DNA of 63,471 nucleotides from a bacterium (GTDB lineage Bacteria; Acidobacteriota; Blastocatellia; HR10): NCBI GenBank assembly GCA_041640655.1, contig JBEPZV010000009.1, positions 1 to 63,471 of the forward strand, read 5' to 3'. Shown piece by piece: positions 34,085 to 41,766 of this stretch (position 1 is its first letter; each line of letters starts with the position of its first letter). The notes under the pieces were generated by a model. It saw only the letters and a program-made list of their open reading frames with translations, ran no database searches and was not told where the DNA came from. The position numbers and the translations under genes were made by a program.

Positions 34085-34177
34085 TCACCCGCTGCCCGAC
34101 GCGGGCAGTATAATGAGGCGAATAATAATGGCGAGGGGAAGTGCGGAATCAGGGCCTTCGACGCCCCGAGCCTTCAT
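34085..34177 (-). CDS. cimA leader peptide MKARGVEGPDSALPLAIIIRLIILPASGSG (in-frame ATGs also at 34195 and 34210)
   Basis: Ile/Leu cluster ATT ATT ATT CGC CTC ATT ATA CTG directly before alternative hairpins and terminator. Confidence 0.85.
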   Translation of the reverse strand: MKARGVEGPDSALPLAIIIRLIILPASGSG

Positions 34178-34234
34178 CCGGCGTCGCGCCCACATCTGCT
34201 GTGTCCCCATCCGGCCTCGCATTGGACACTCGAA

Positions 34235-34303
34235 AGTTTACACGAAATGCGCACGAACGCAAATTGAAAGTTTTTAACCCGATCTAAATTCCCCTTATGG
34301 GAG
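34235..34303 (-). promoter_or_regulatory. cimA leader promoter; possible degenerate fourth copy of the island cassette
   Basis: TTGCGT-N16-TAAACT; upstream AT tract and TCTAA-N7-TTATGGGAG. Confidence 0.45.
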
Positions 34304-34387
34304 CGGGAGCGAACGCGAGAAGCCCACCGCAGCGCCGGGGGAGAGGGATTCCCGGGGTGCCAGTCTCCAGCACGATGGGGAGACTCC

Positions 34388-34774
34388 TCACGGACTTGGC
34401 GCTCTCCAGGGCGCTGATGTCAGGGTTGTGTGGTAGCCTTTGTACTGCTGGGTCGCAGGATCATATCGCAAGAAGACGATCTCGATCGGTCGCCCGGGCG
34501 GACTCTGCGTGATCTTGCGCAGATCTTCAACGGAATTGACCGGTCGCCCGTTGATCCTCATGATGAGATCGTCTGGTCGTAAGCCGGCCTGTTCCGCCGG
34601 CGACCCGGGCTCCACCCGCTGGACCAGGAAGACCATATTCCCGATAACCCCGATCATCGCCCGAGGGGTTTGACCCCGCTCATCTGAGGAGACCACCCGA
34701 TCACGATCACTGGCTCCAAGCAGGATGCCGAGCCCAAGGACCAAAGAGGCTGCGAGGATCGTTCTCGCTCGCAT
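34388..34774 (-). CDS. Exported stand-alone PDZ-domain protein
   Basis: Signal-like N-terminus; VQRVEPGSPAEQAGLRPDDLIMRINGRPV; CAGGAGGA RBS. Confidence 0.88.
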   Translation of the reverse strand: MRARTILAASLVLGLGILLGASDRDRVVSSDERGQTPRAMIGVIGNMVFLVQRVEPGSPAEQAGLRPDDLIMRINGRPVNSVEDLRKITQSPPGRPIEIVFLRYDPATQQYKGYHTTLTSAPWRAPSP

Positions 34775-34788
34775 AACGTCCTCCTGTT

Positions 34789-35166
34789 TCAAATCCAAAC
34801 GCATTCCTCGCAACCGCACGGTTCCATGCGGCCACACTTGGTCGGAACGCACCCCCAATCGCGACTGTATCCGCCTTCGCAATAACTGCAGATGCCTCCT
34901 ACACACCGATAGCCCCATAGGACAGGCCCCGTGCGGCAGCAATAGGGGTTACACGGACATTCCCGTGGCCCCCGTTGAGGGGAGGCATTCAGAAGAGGGC
35001 TCCACTCCACGGTTTCGGGCAGAATGTAGGCGCTCACGCCCTTATCCTGTAGGGTACTTGTAGAGATCCGGACTTCACCCGATCCTATCGGAGCTCTTCC
35101 AAGAGAGCGCGGTTCTTCCAGAGGGACCAAAAGCAACAGCATCAAGATGCACCACAACCGTCGCAT
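34789..35166 (-). CDS. Secreted prepro-like cysteine-rich peptide (12 Cys in the last ~56 aa)
   Basis: AAGGAGGT RBS; MRRLWCILMLLLLV signal; C-terminus CPCNPYCC...CGCEECVWI. Confidence 0.8.
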   Translation of the reverse strand: MRRLWCILMLLLLVPLEEPRSLGRAPIGSGEVRISTSTLQDKGVSAYILPETVEWSPLLNASPQRGPRECPCNPYCCRTGPVLWGYRCVGGICSYCEGGYSRDWGCVPTKCGRMEPCGCEECVWI

Positions 35167-35188
35167 CTTCCACCTCCTTTGCCGTCTT

Positions 35189-35253
35189 ATTTTATGAGGT
35201 CCCCCTGAGATGTCAAATTTAAAAAAAATACTGGCATAAGCTGTCCTTATGCC
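35189..35253 (-). promoter_or_regulatory. Island promoter cassette, copy 1
   Basis: TTGACA-N16-TAAAAT, A-tract, perfect inverted repeat GGCATAAG-CTGTC-CTTATGCC (35233-35253). Confidence 0.8.
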
Positions 35254-35722
35254 CGTCAAGATACAAACAAGAGGCGGGCGCGAATCGCTTGGTTGTGAGT
35301 CGCACCGTCCCTTCCTCTTGGGCCAGCTCGTGGCTTTGTGGATGAGGAAAGGTCAAGGAAAGAGCTAGGAAGCTGTAAGAGAGAAGCTTGCTTGTCGTCC
35401 GTGTTGGGAGCCAGGAATTCATAGTCGACCGACCATGGGATAGGGTCCAAGCAGCCCGATAGATCATCGGTCACACCGTTTGAGAAGCCGAGAAGTTCTA
35501 CCGGAAGTAGGCGCTGTAGCCCAGCGCCGACCGCACCAGCGATATAATATGACAGCGATATAAGCCATGGCCTTTCGCATTATGGGATGGTCCCCAAGCA
35601 TCCATGCGCTCTTTCTCATGCCGATACATACCAGAGGACGGCAGCGACCCCGTCTCCCACCAAGTTGGCAAGAAATACTCGAATTTATCTTGAGAAGCCT
35701 CCCGTTTGATTGATCAAGCCCC

Positions 35723-35992
35723 TCAGAGCAGCGCGGAATAAAGGACAGTAGCAACGATCACTCCTACGAGACAGGCCAGAAGATATCTAGCGAAGCTGAG
35801 CTGTCGTCCCTTCGCCCGCGCAGATGCTCGGCTCAGCGGATATCCTGCCAGAAATAACGGGAGAAGTCCAAGGCCGAAGGCATACGGCTCGGCGATTATG
35901 TGCTTGAGTAGGGCTATAGTGATCCCAGATATTAAACCGCCGATGAGGGTATTCACCCAATATATCCAACGGATGCCTAGAAGCATAAGCAC
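35723..35992 (-). CDS. Small membrane protein (~3 TM), immunity-like
   Basis: 89 aa hydrophobic and basic; GGGAGGA RBS; TATAAT near 36019-36024. Confidence 0.65.
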   Translation of the reverse strand: MLMLLGIRWIYWVNTLIGGLISGITIALLKHIIAEPYAFGLGLLPLFLAGYPLSRASARAKGRQLSFARYLLACLVGVIVATVLYSALL

Positions 35993-36084
35993 CGTCCTCC
36001 CGATTTATGGTCCCTGTCATTATACTCGGATTGGAAATTGAAGGACATCTCGCATCCCATCGCCAAGCTGGCCAGGGAGCGCCA

Positions 36085-36213
36085 TCACTTTAATAATAAG
36101 GCACCGAGGATACATGCCGCACCCGCACCAACACAACCAGCCATGATACATTTCAAAATTCCCGGACCGGAGAGAATACAACGAACAACCACTCCCGCAG
36201 GTTTTCCGCAAAG
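36085..36213 (-). pseudogene. Startless Cys/Gly/Ala-rich bacteriocin-like C-terminal fragment
   Basis: Frame reads LCGKPAGVVVRCILSGPGILKCIMAGCVGAGAACILGALLLK-stop, bounded upstream by TAG. Confidence 0.5.
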
Positions 36214-36358
36214 CTACCGAACGCGGAGGATTCGCAAGGCCACCTGCACGCTACGGCCTCTTCATCCTTTGCTGTTCTTCTCGCGGGAATCGCGCTTCGT
36301 CAAGAGAACAATAATCAGCGCACATCGTAACGCTGAATAGCCAGCAACCCGAGAAGAC

Positions 36359-36763
36359 TCAATGCTCCCTGGAGCGCAATAAGGTAAGGATCGAGAAGAG
36401 GGAGACGCTTGAAGCTATTCTCTGAGAAAGAGGAGGCAGCGTGAATGTCGGTTGCGGAAAGCCGTCTATCTCCAATGAGCCGGGATCTGAGGTCCAGCGA
36501 CTCTCGCGCTCCGAATGCTGCAATAGCTTTTGGCGATGCCATGCTGCTACTTGTTCTTGATAGCGGTCGGCGAGCATCCGGCGAGCTGATTGGAACGTCC
36601 GGCGCTTCAATGTCCACTCCAATTGTTGCCACAGGCGCGCCCCCACCTCGCTTTGGACGCGCCGGGCCCCCGGTGCATGGACCGCAGAAATCCCCCCATC
36701 GGGCCTTCCGAGCGAAGTGAGGGGAAGCAGGATGAACAGCAGCCAGCTCCAATGACTCCGCAT
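36359..36763 (-). CDS. Hypothetical exported protein; possibly 5' part of a disrupted precursor gene
   Basis: G-rich RBS; MRSHWSWLLFILLPLTSLG signal-like start 12 bp after the upstream stop. Confidence 0.5.
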   Translation of the reverse strand: MRSHWSWLLFILLPLTSLGRPDGGISAVHAPGARRVQSEVGARLWQQLEWTLKRRTFQSARRMLADRYQEQVAAWHRQKLLQHSERESRWTSDPGSLEIDGFPQPTFTLPPLSQRIASSVSLFSILTLLRSREH

Positions 36764-36775
36764 ACGTGCCCCCCT

Positions 36776-38521
36776 TTAAGGGGTCGTCAGCCTCTCTTTA
36801 GCGCTTTCTTTTCGATGCTCTTCGCGGTCGCGCCGCTCGCGATGCAGCGTCGTGACTGCCAGAGCGGCCTGGGCGATCGCGCGGATCTCCGCGCTCGTCC
36901 AGCTCAACGCCACAGCGGCCAGGCGCGAAGGATCCGGCTCCTGACGGGCGAGCCGTTCGAAGACCTGAATGACGACGGGGGCGAGGTCGAAGGACCCGAC
37001 CGCGCACACGGCCGCGAAGTCTTGGACTTCGACAGTGATGCCTGCTCCTATCGCCCCATTCAGATCGAGGCGGGCTTTGTTGAACAGGTCAATGGCCTGA
37101 ATCAACGCCATCTCCCCTTGAGCTGGATCGTTCGGCAGTAGAGCTACTGCCAAATACAGGGCGGCGCGCGCCTTTCCATCCTCGGCCGTGATCTGTGCGA
37201 ATCGGCTCTGCACGCGCTCGAGGAACCCGGTTCGGCGTTCCGCCTCCTTCATCTTCTCGAGGACACGCGCGGCGGCGATCACGCTCCTTTCGGCATTCTC
37301 CAGGGCCAGGGCGTGCGTCCCGGCGTCCTCAAGAGCCCCTTCTTGGAGGAAGTGAGCGACGGCCTCACAACGGATGAGATCGCTCATCTCCTGACGGACC
37401 GTCCGATCCCGAATCTTGGATGCGATCGAAAGCGCTTCCGCGAAATCGCGCCGCCAGGAGAGGAGATGAGCAGCGTGGGCCATCAGAGCATCATGCGTCC
37501 GATCGTCACGAGCCGTGCGCGCCTTGGTGATCAGGTCCTCCGCCTTCGTCTCCGGGCGTGTCCGGCGCTCCTCTTCGCGCCGTTCGATATAAGCGATCGC
37601 CGAAGCCGGCAGCCGGCTGGTCACAAAGGTCAACAGGCTTTCAATCCGTCCGAGCAGCTCGGGGGCGAATCGTTCCGCCTGAGGATGAATGTTCATGAGG
37701 GCCCAGTAAATGTGAGCAGGTATACGGGAGGCTGAGAAAGCAACATGAGCGAGTTGTTCGACCAGGACATTCAGATAAAATCGCGCCAGACGAGGATCCG
37801 GCGGCGGGGGATCGGCAGGAGAGAACCGATTGGGGAGATTCACCCCTGGGATCGCATAAGCGCCCAGCCAGTACAATCCCTCCAGGTCTTTCCGCGCTAC
37901 GGCACGGTGCACGGCCGAGCGAAAGAGCGCGTCCGCCAAGGGCGGATTCTTCCCTCTCAGGTGGAAGAGGAGATCAACCAGCGAGCGGGTCACTCCATAT
38001 GTCAGGCTCAGCGTGATCAGCTCACCCATCTTCCGATCATCCTCCAAGGAGCGAGCCAATCGAGCGAGGGCATCGGCTTTCCATACCTCATCAGCTTTCA
38101 GTCCCTCCAACGCCTCCTTCAGAAATTCCGTATCCGAAGCCGCACTGTGCTCCAGCACGCGCTCCCACAGCAGATCCACATCATAGGGGGTGCGAAACCC
38201 CGCGCGCTGCTTGAGCCTCACCAGGCGCTCGGCGAACGTCTCGAAGTCCACCTGAGCGAGCGCGTGAGCAGCCGCGCGCACCAACCGACTGGCTCGCTCC
38301 GGCTCGGTCTCTCTCAGCATTTGCGCGAGGACAAGGGCGCCATGAGCGAACCGCAGCGGTTGACGCTCCTCTCGGAGCGTGCGTTCGGCCTGGTCGAGCA
38401 GCACGATCGCCCACGTGTGCCGATCCGAGACATCCTGTGGCTCCTGACACCACCCCGGATGAGCCCGTGAATGCAGCGGAGCAGCCCCAAGCATGAGCGC
38501 CAGGGCAATAGTTCCTCTCAT
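36776..38521 (-). CDS. Exported alpha-helical (TPR/HEAT-like) repeat protein
   Basis: Signal-like MRGTIALALMLGAA; Ala/Leu/Arg/Glu-rich helices (DFAEALSIASKIRD); starts 2 bp after upstream gene. Confidence 0.75.
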   Translation of the reverse strand: MRGTIALALMLGAAPLHSRAHPGWCQEPQDVSDRHTWAIVLLDQAERTLREERQPLRFAHGALVLAQMLRETEPERASRLVRAAAHALAQVDFETFAERLVRLKQRAGFRTPYDVDLLWERVLEHSAASDTEFLKEALEGLKADEVWKADALARLARSLEDDRKMGELITLSLTYGVTRSLVDLLFHLRGKNPPLADALFRSAVHRAVARKDLEGLYWLGAYAIPGVNLPNRFSPADPPPPDPRLARFYLNVLVEQLAHVAFSASRIPAHIYWALMNIHPQAERFAPELLGRIESLLTFVTSRLPASAIAYIERREEERRTRPETKAEDLITKARTARDDRTHDALMAHAAHLLSWRRDFAEALSIASKIRDRTVRQEMSDLIRCEAVAHFLQEGALEDAGTHALALENAERSVIAAARVLEKMKEAERRTGFLERVQSRFAQITAEDGKARAALYLAVALLPNDPAQGEMALIQAIDLFNKARLDLNGAIGAGITVEVQDFAAVCAVGSFDLAPVVIQVFERLARQEPDPSRLAAVALSWTSAEIRAIAQAALAVTTLHRERRDREEHRKESAKERLTTP

Positions 38522-38523
38522 AC

Positions 38524-38964
38524 TCACTTCACCTTCAGGCCACTCATCCTCTGCGATATCTCCGATCCCAGCATCGTATCCTTGAGTCCCCGAGCGAGCA
38601 TGAGCAACAGCTCGGCTCGTCGAGGATCTCGCTTCGACCACGCCTGGGCCGCCTGGCGAAGAACACGGGAGGACTCGTTCACATCCATTCGCCCCGCCAG
38701 CTCTTCGGGAGCGCACGCTGTGACGGACTCGCCCTCTATGGGAGACTCACCAATGGGTGAAATACGACCGCATACAAGCGATCCCCCTCCTGAACACAGG
38801 ATGACACATCCGCTCGGCGTCCCCGGGCTATTGCAGCAGGGCGTTCCGGTACATTGTGTGAGATCGGCGCAGCACAAATTCTGCGCACGCACAGTCGAAG
38901 AATTCACCCAAATCATGGAAAATCCTACGAGGAAGGTCCAGCCCAACCAGAGCGTGCCTTTCAT
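38524..38964 (-). CDS. Secreted protein with N-terminal 8-Cys mini-domain and helical tail
   Basis: AAGGAGGT RBS; signal ending VRA|Q; NLCCADLTQCTGTPCCNSPGTPSGCVILCSGGGSLVC. Confidence 0.8.
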   Translation of the reverse strand: MKGTLWLGWTFLVGFSMIWVNSSTVRAQNLCCADLTQCTGTPCCNSPGTPSGCVILCSGGGSLVCGRISPIGESPIEGESVTACAPEELAGRMDVNESSRVLRQAAQAWSKRDPRRAELLLMLARGLKDTMLGSEISQRMSGLKVK

Positions 38965-39027
38965 AGCGACCTCCTTCTGGACGTTCTTGCAAGGCCTCGA
39001 CTCCTCTGTGACCGCTTCGCCATCCAT

Positions 39028-39092
39028 AGTGTACGAGGCCCCTTCGAGATGTCAAATTAAAAAAAAAATAGCCGCATGAAGTGTTTTTATGG
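39028..39092 (-). promoter_or_regulatory. Island promoter cassette, copy 2
   Basis: TTGACA-N16-TACACT, A10 tract, GCATGAAGTGTTTTTATGG. Confidence 0.8.
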
Positions 39093-39168
39093 GAGGAGCC
39101 GCCGTCTCAGGTGGTCGAAGACGAAGCCGGTGTGGGAGGGTTCGCCCGCTCGGTAGCAGCCCCTGCCC

Positions 39169-40416
39169 TCACGGCTGCTGAACGAAGATGACGTCGTAAG
39201 AGAACCGATTGGCCGGCCCAGGCCCGTAGACCTTCGCTCGATAGCGGAATTCGTTGCCGTGCGGATCCCGACGGCGGCTCTCCCGGTAATTCAGCTCGAT
39301 TCCCCCGATGCCCGACTGGGCCAACGTCATCAGCTCTCCGGGCTCCGTCCTCCCGTTGACGTTTCGATCGAACCACAGGCGCAGCGTGGCGAACGCGGCA
39401 TCACGCGCGTCGAGGACACCGTCTCTATTGTCATCCAGTTCCACCAAGGCCAGATACCCGTTCTGAGCATGGCGTCCCGAACGGAGGCGGGTGACGTTGC
39501 CAAACAGCTCGCGCCCGCTCTCAATGAGCCCGTTCCCGTTGCGATCCAGCACCAGGAGGGCCTCGTCCCCTTGAATCCAGCCCGTCCGCATCGGATGTCC
39601 GTTGCCCAGGAGATCGAAGCGAACCCCGGCCGACAGCCCCACCAGGTGAAACCCATCCCCCCGTGTGTCAATCACAATGGGAGTGCCCGGGCATGCGCTG
39701 TTGCACCCTATCTCCCCTCCATCGCGCAGCCCATCGCAATCGTTGTCCTTCCCGTCCCAGCAGAGATTGCAGTCGGCACACCCGAAGTCTAATGGGCATC
39801 CTGATCCATCGAAGAACTGCGGCCCTTCATCAGCTCTCGGATTCACCGCCGGATCCCCATCGTCACAATCTGGAATACCACTGCTGCACCAATCATCTGG
39901 ACTCTCATCATTGGGATCCGCTTCAATCTCAATGCAATATGTATCCCCATCCGCGTCTCTCTTCTTTTTTCGCCTGACATTCTCAGAACAAGTACAACCG
40001 TAAGAAGCACAAGGATCAGGAGGTGCAATATAGCCCACCTTACACCACCGCTCTTCATTAACGCTTACACAATGATAGTTGTTACACCAGAATTGGGGAT
40101 TGGACGGGTCTACATAGCAAACGTCTTTAGCCTCGCTTTTGGTCCTGGGAAACTCATACCGGAAGTCGCATTTTAAGGAGGACAGAGCGTGAGCTGCAAT
40201 GCTTTCTATCGGAGCTGGTGATGCCTTGCCGACATTGACGACTGGTTCGTCAAATAATGTCCGGGGCGCCATTTGCGCGAAGGGTGCGATCAGCGGCGGT
40301 TTAACGGGACTCGGACGTCGGGGAAATGTAGCAGCGAAAAATACAGCCAATGCCGTCAACATAATGGACATAAGGAGAGCGACGCGATAAGGGCTTGATT
40401 TAACTCCGATGCTCAT
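39169..40416 (-). CDS. Exported Cys-rich protein with DCDD/DGxDNDCDG metal-binding motifs and C-terminal FrpC-type self-processing-module homologue
   Basis: N-terminal signal/TM; 18 Cys; TPIVIDTRGDG..VRFD..TGW..DEALLVLDRNGNGLIESGRELFGN..NGYLALVELDDNRDGVLDARDAAFATLRLWFDRN. Confidence 0.85.
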   Translation of the reverse strand: MSIGVKSSPYRVALLMSIMLTALAVFFAATFPRRPSPVKPPLIAPFAQMAPRTLFDEPVVNVGKASPAPIESIAAHALSSLKCDFRYEFPRTKSEAKDVCYVDPSNPQFWCNNYHCVSVNEERWCKVGYIAPPDPCASYGCTCSENVRRKKKRDADGDTYCIEIEADPNDESPDDWCSSGIPDCDDGDPAVNPRADEGPQFFDGSGCPLDFGCADCNLCWDGKDNDCDGLRDGGEIGCNSACPGTPIVIDTRGDGFHLVGLSAGVRFDLLGNGHPMRTGWIQGDEALLVLDRNGNGLIESGRELFGNVTRLRSGRHAQNGYLALVELDDNRDGVLDARDAAFATLRLWFDRNVNGRTEPGELMTLAQSGIGGIELNYRESRRRDPHGNEFRYRAKVYGPGPANRFSYDVIFVQQP

Positions 40417-40572
40417 CGCTGCCCCGATTGAGACACCACCACATGACTTGCAGCCACAGCGCTCACGAACAGCGACTCCTGCGCGGTGGATGGATCGTGC
40501 CCAGCGTCGTCCTCCACCAGCCGTCCGCAGCGCACGCGGCGGAATGTCAAGCGTTATCTACATCGACTCCGC

Positions 40573-41670
40573 TCAGAACTCTACCCAGCAAAATTCAACA
40601 ACGCGCGTACGTGGCCCTAATAGCCTGATGGCCACGGCCTCCGTTGGCCGAGAGAAACCGATCAGCAAGCTACCCCAGGGGTTCTCGCGGCTGTCCACGA
40701 CTGGAAACCAACTCCGGCCCAGGTCGGGAGAGAAGAACCGTCCACGCACTTTATTTTCCCGAGATTGCACATCAATGAACAGGCCCTCCTGCGGTAGGAA
40801 AGCAAAGGAGAGAACTTCGATCTTCGTCGCAGGAGGATCAAAGAGGGTACGGAGATCATCCACCAACACTGATCTCAATACCCGCCCATCACGATCCAGC
40901 ACAACGATCATCCTGGCTCCTGGGAGCCAGGTATAAACCCTGTCTCCGATAACCTCAAAGGCCGGCGGGGAGAAGCCCTCCTCAGGATCAAGATCAAGTG
41001 GATCAAGCTCTCTTGGAAATAAAGATCTGGGGAGGGATGCGATCAGGGGCACGCCGTCTGCGGAAATCTTGCGAATGAGCCCATACTCATCATCGAGGTT
41101 ATACTTTTGCCAGTCGTGTCCAAGCATCCATATATTGCCATCATCATCAGCGGCGATCTTATGCACACCGAAGGGATCTGTTTTTATAATCCGCTCAAGT
41201 GAGCAACTCGTATTGTACTCAAGCAGGGCGGATGCTCTCTGACCTTTCGAGTTCGTGGCTATCAGAGCGATAAGAATAGTTCCATCTTTCGTAACCGCGA
41301 CGTCCCAGAGGCCTACATCGTGAACATCTGGAAGAGAGTCAATGGGCGAGAGTCGGCAAACTAACTCTCCCTTGCGATTGTGCACCCAAACCACAGGTTG
41401 ATCTGGTTCCGACAGGTCATGAATAATGAATCCGTTTCTGTCCCACTTAGGCACCCCGGCCACGTTCTCCAATACGTAAGTCCTCGTTACTGTCTTTATA
41501 GTCATCGCCCCGCGTGCAGGAGGAGCGGAGTGTTGCGTGTAAGGACCGATCAACAGAATGGCGAGAACCATCGTTTTGATCGCCACGTCCCGTCTCCTCA
41601 GGCAAGAAACCGCCCTGTCCGCTAAGCCGTGACGATCAGAGGTCACTTTCCCGGCTCCAGGATTCCCCAT
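40573..41670 (-). CDS. Exported hypothetical protein, probable beta-propeller
   Basis: Hydrophobic N-segment; blade-like motifs DVAVTKDGTILI, IAADDDGNIWML, IRKISADG, VVLDRDGRVL. Confidence 0.65.
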   Translation of the reverse strand: MGNPGAGKVTSDRHGLADRAVSCLRRRDVAIKTMVLAILLIGPYTQHSAPPARGAMTIKTVTRTYVLENVAGVPKWDRNGFIIHDLSEPDQPVVWVHNRKGELVCRLSPIDSLPDVHDVGLWDVAVTKDGTILIALIATNSKGQRASALLEYNTSCSLERIIKTDPFGVHKIAADDDGNIWMLGHDWQKYNLDDEYGLIRKISADGVPLIASLPRSLFPRELDPLDLDPEEGFSPPAFEVIGDRVYTWLPGARMIVVLDRDGRVLRSVLVDDLRTLFDPPATKIEVLSFAFLPQEGLFIDVQSRENKVRGRFFSPDLGRSWFPVVDSRENPWGSLLIGFSRPTEAVAIRLLGPRTRVVEFCWVEF

Positions 41671-41709
41671 GGTGCCCTCCCTGCCCTTCGTTCTCTCCTC
41701 GCTGCCCAT

Positions 41710-41766
41710 AGTATATGAGGCTCTCTCGGAATGTCAAAAAAATAGCCGCATGAAGTGTTTTTATGG
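41710..41766 (-). promoter_or_regulatory. Island promoter cassette, copy 3
   Basis: TTGACA-N16-TATACT; 31 bp identical to copy 2 (A7-TAGCCGCATGAAGTGTTTTTATGG). Confidence 0.8.

Noticed and set aside
35256..35720. Short ORFs between island modules
   Set aside because: No RBS or motif support; possibly decayed sequence that I cannot assign
40545..40550. Further cassette copy (TTGACATTCCG on minus)
   Set aside because: No -10 box, A-tract or palindrome
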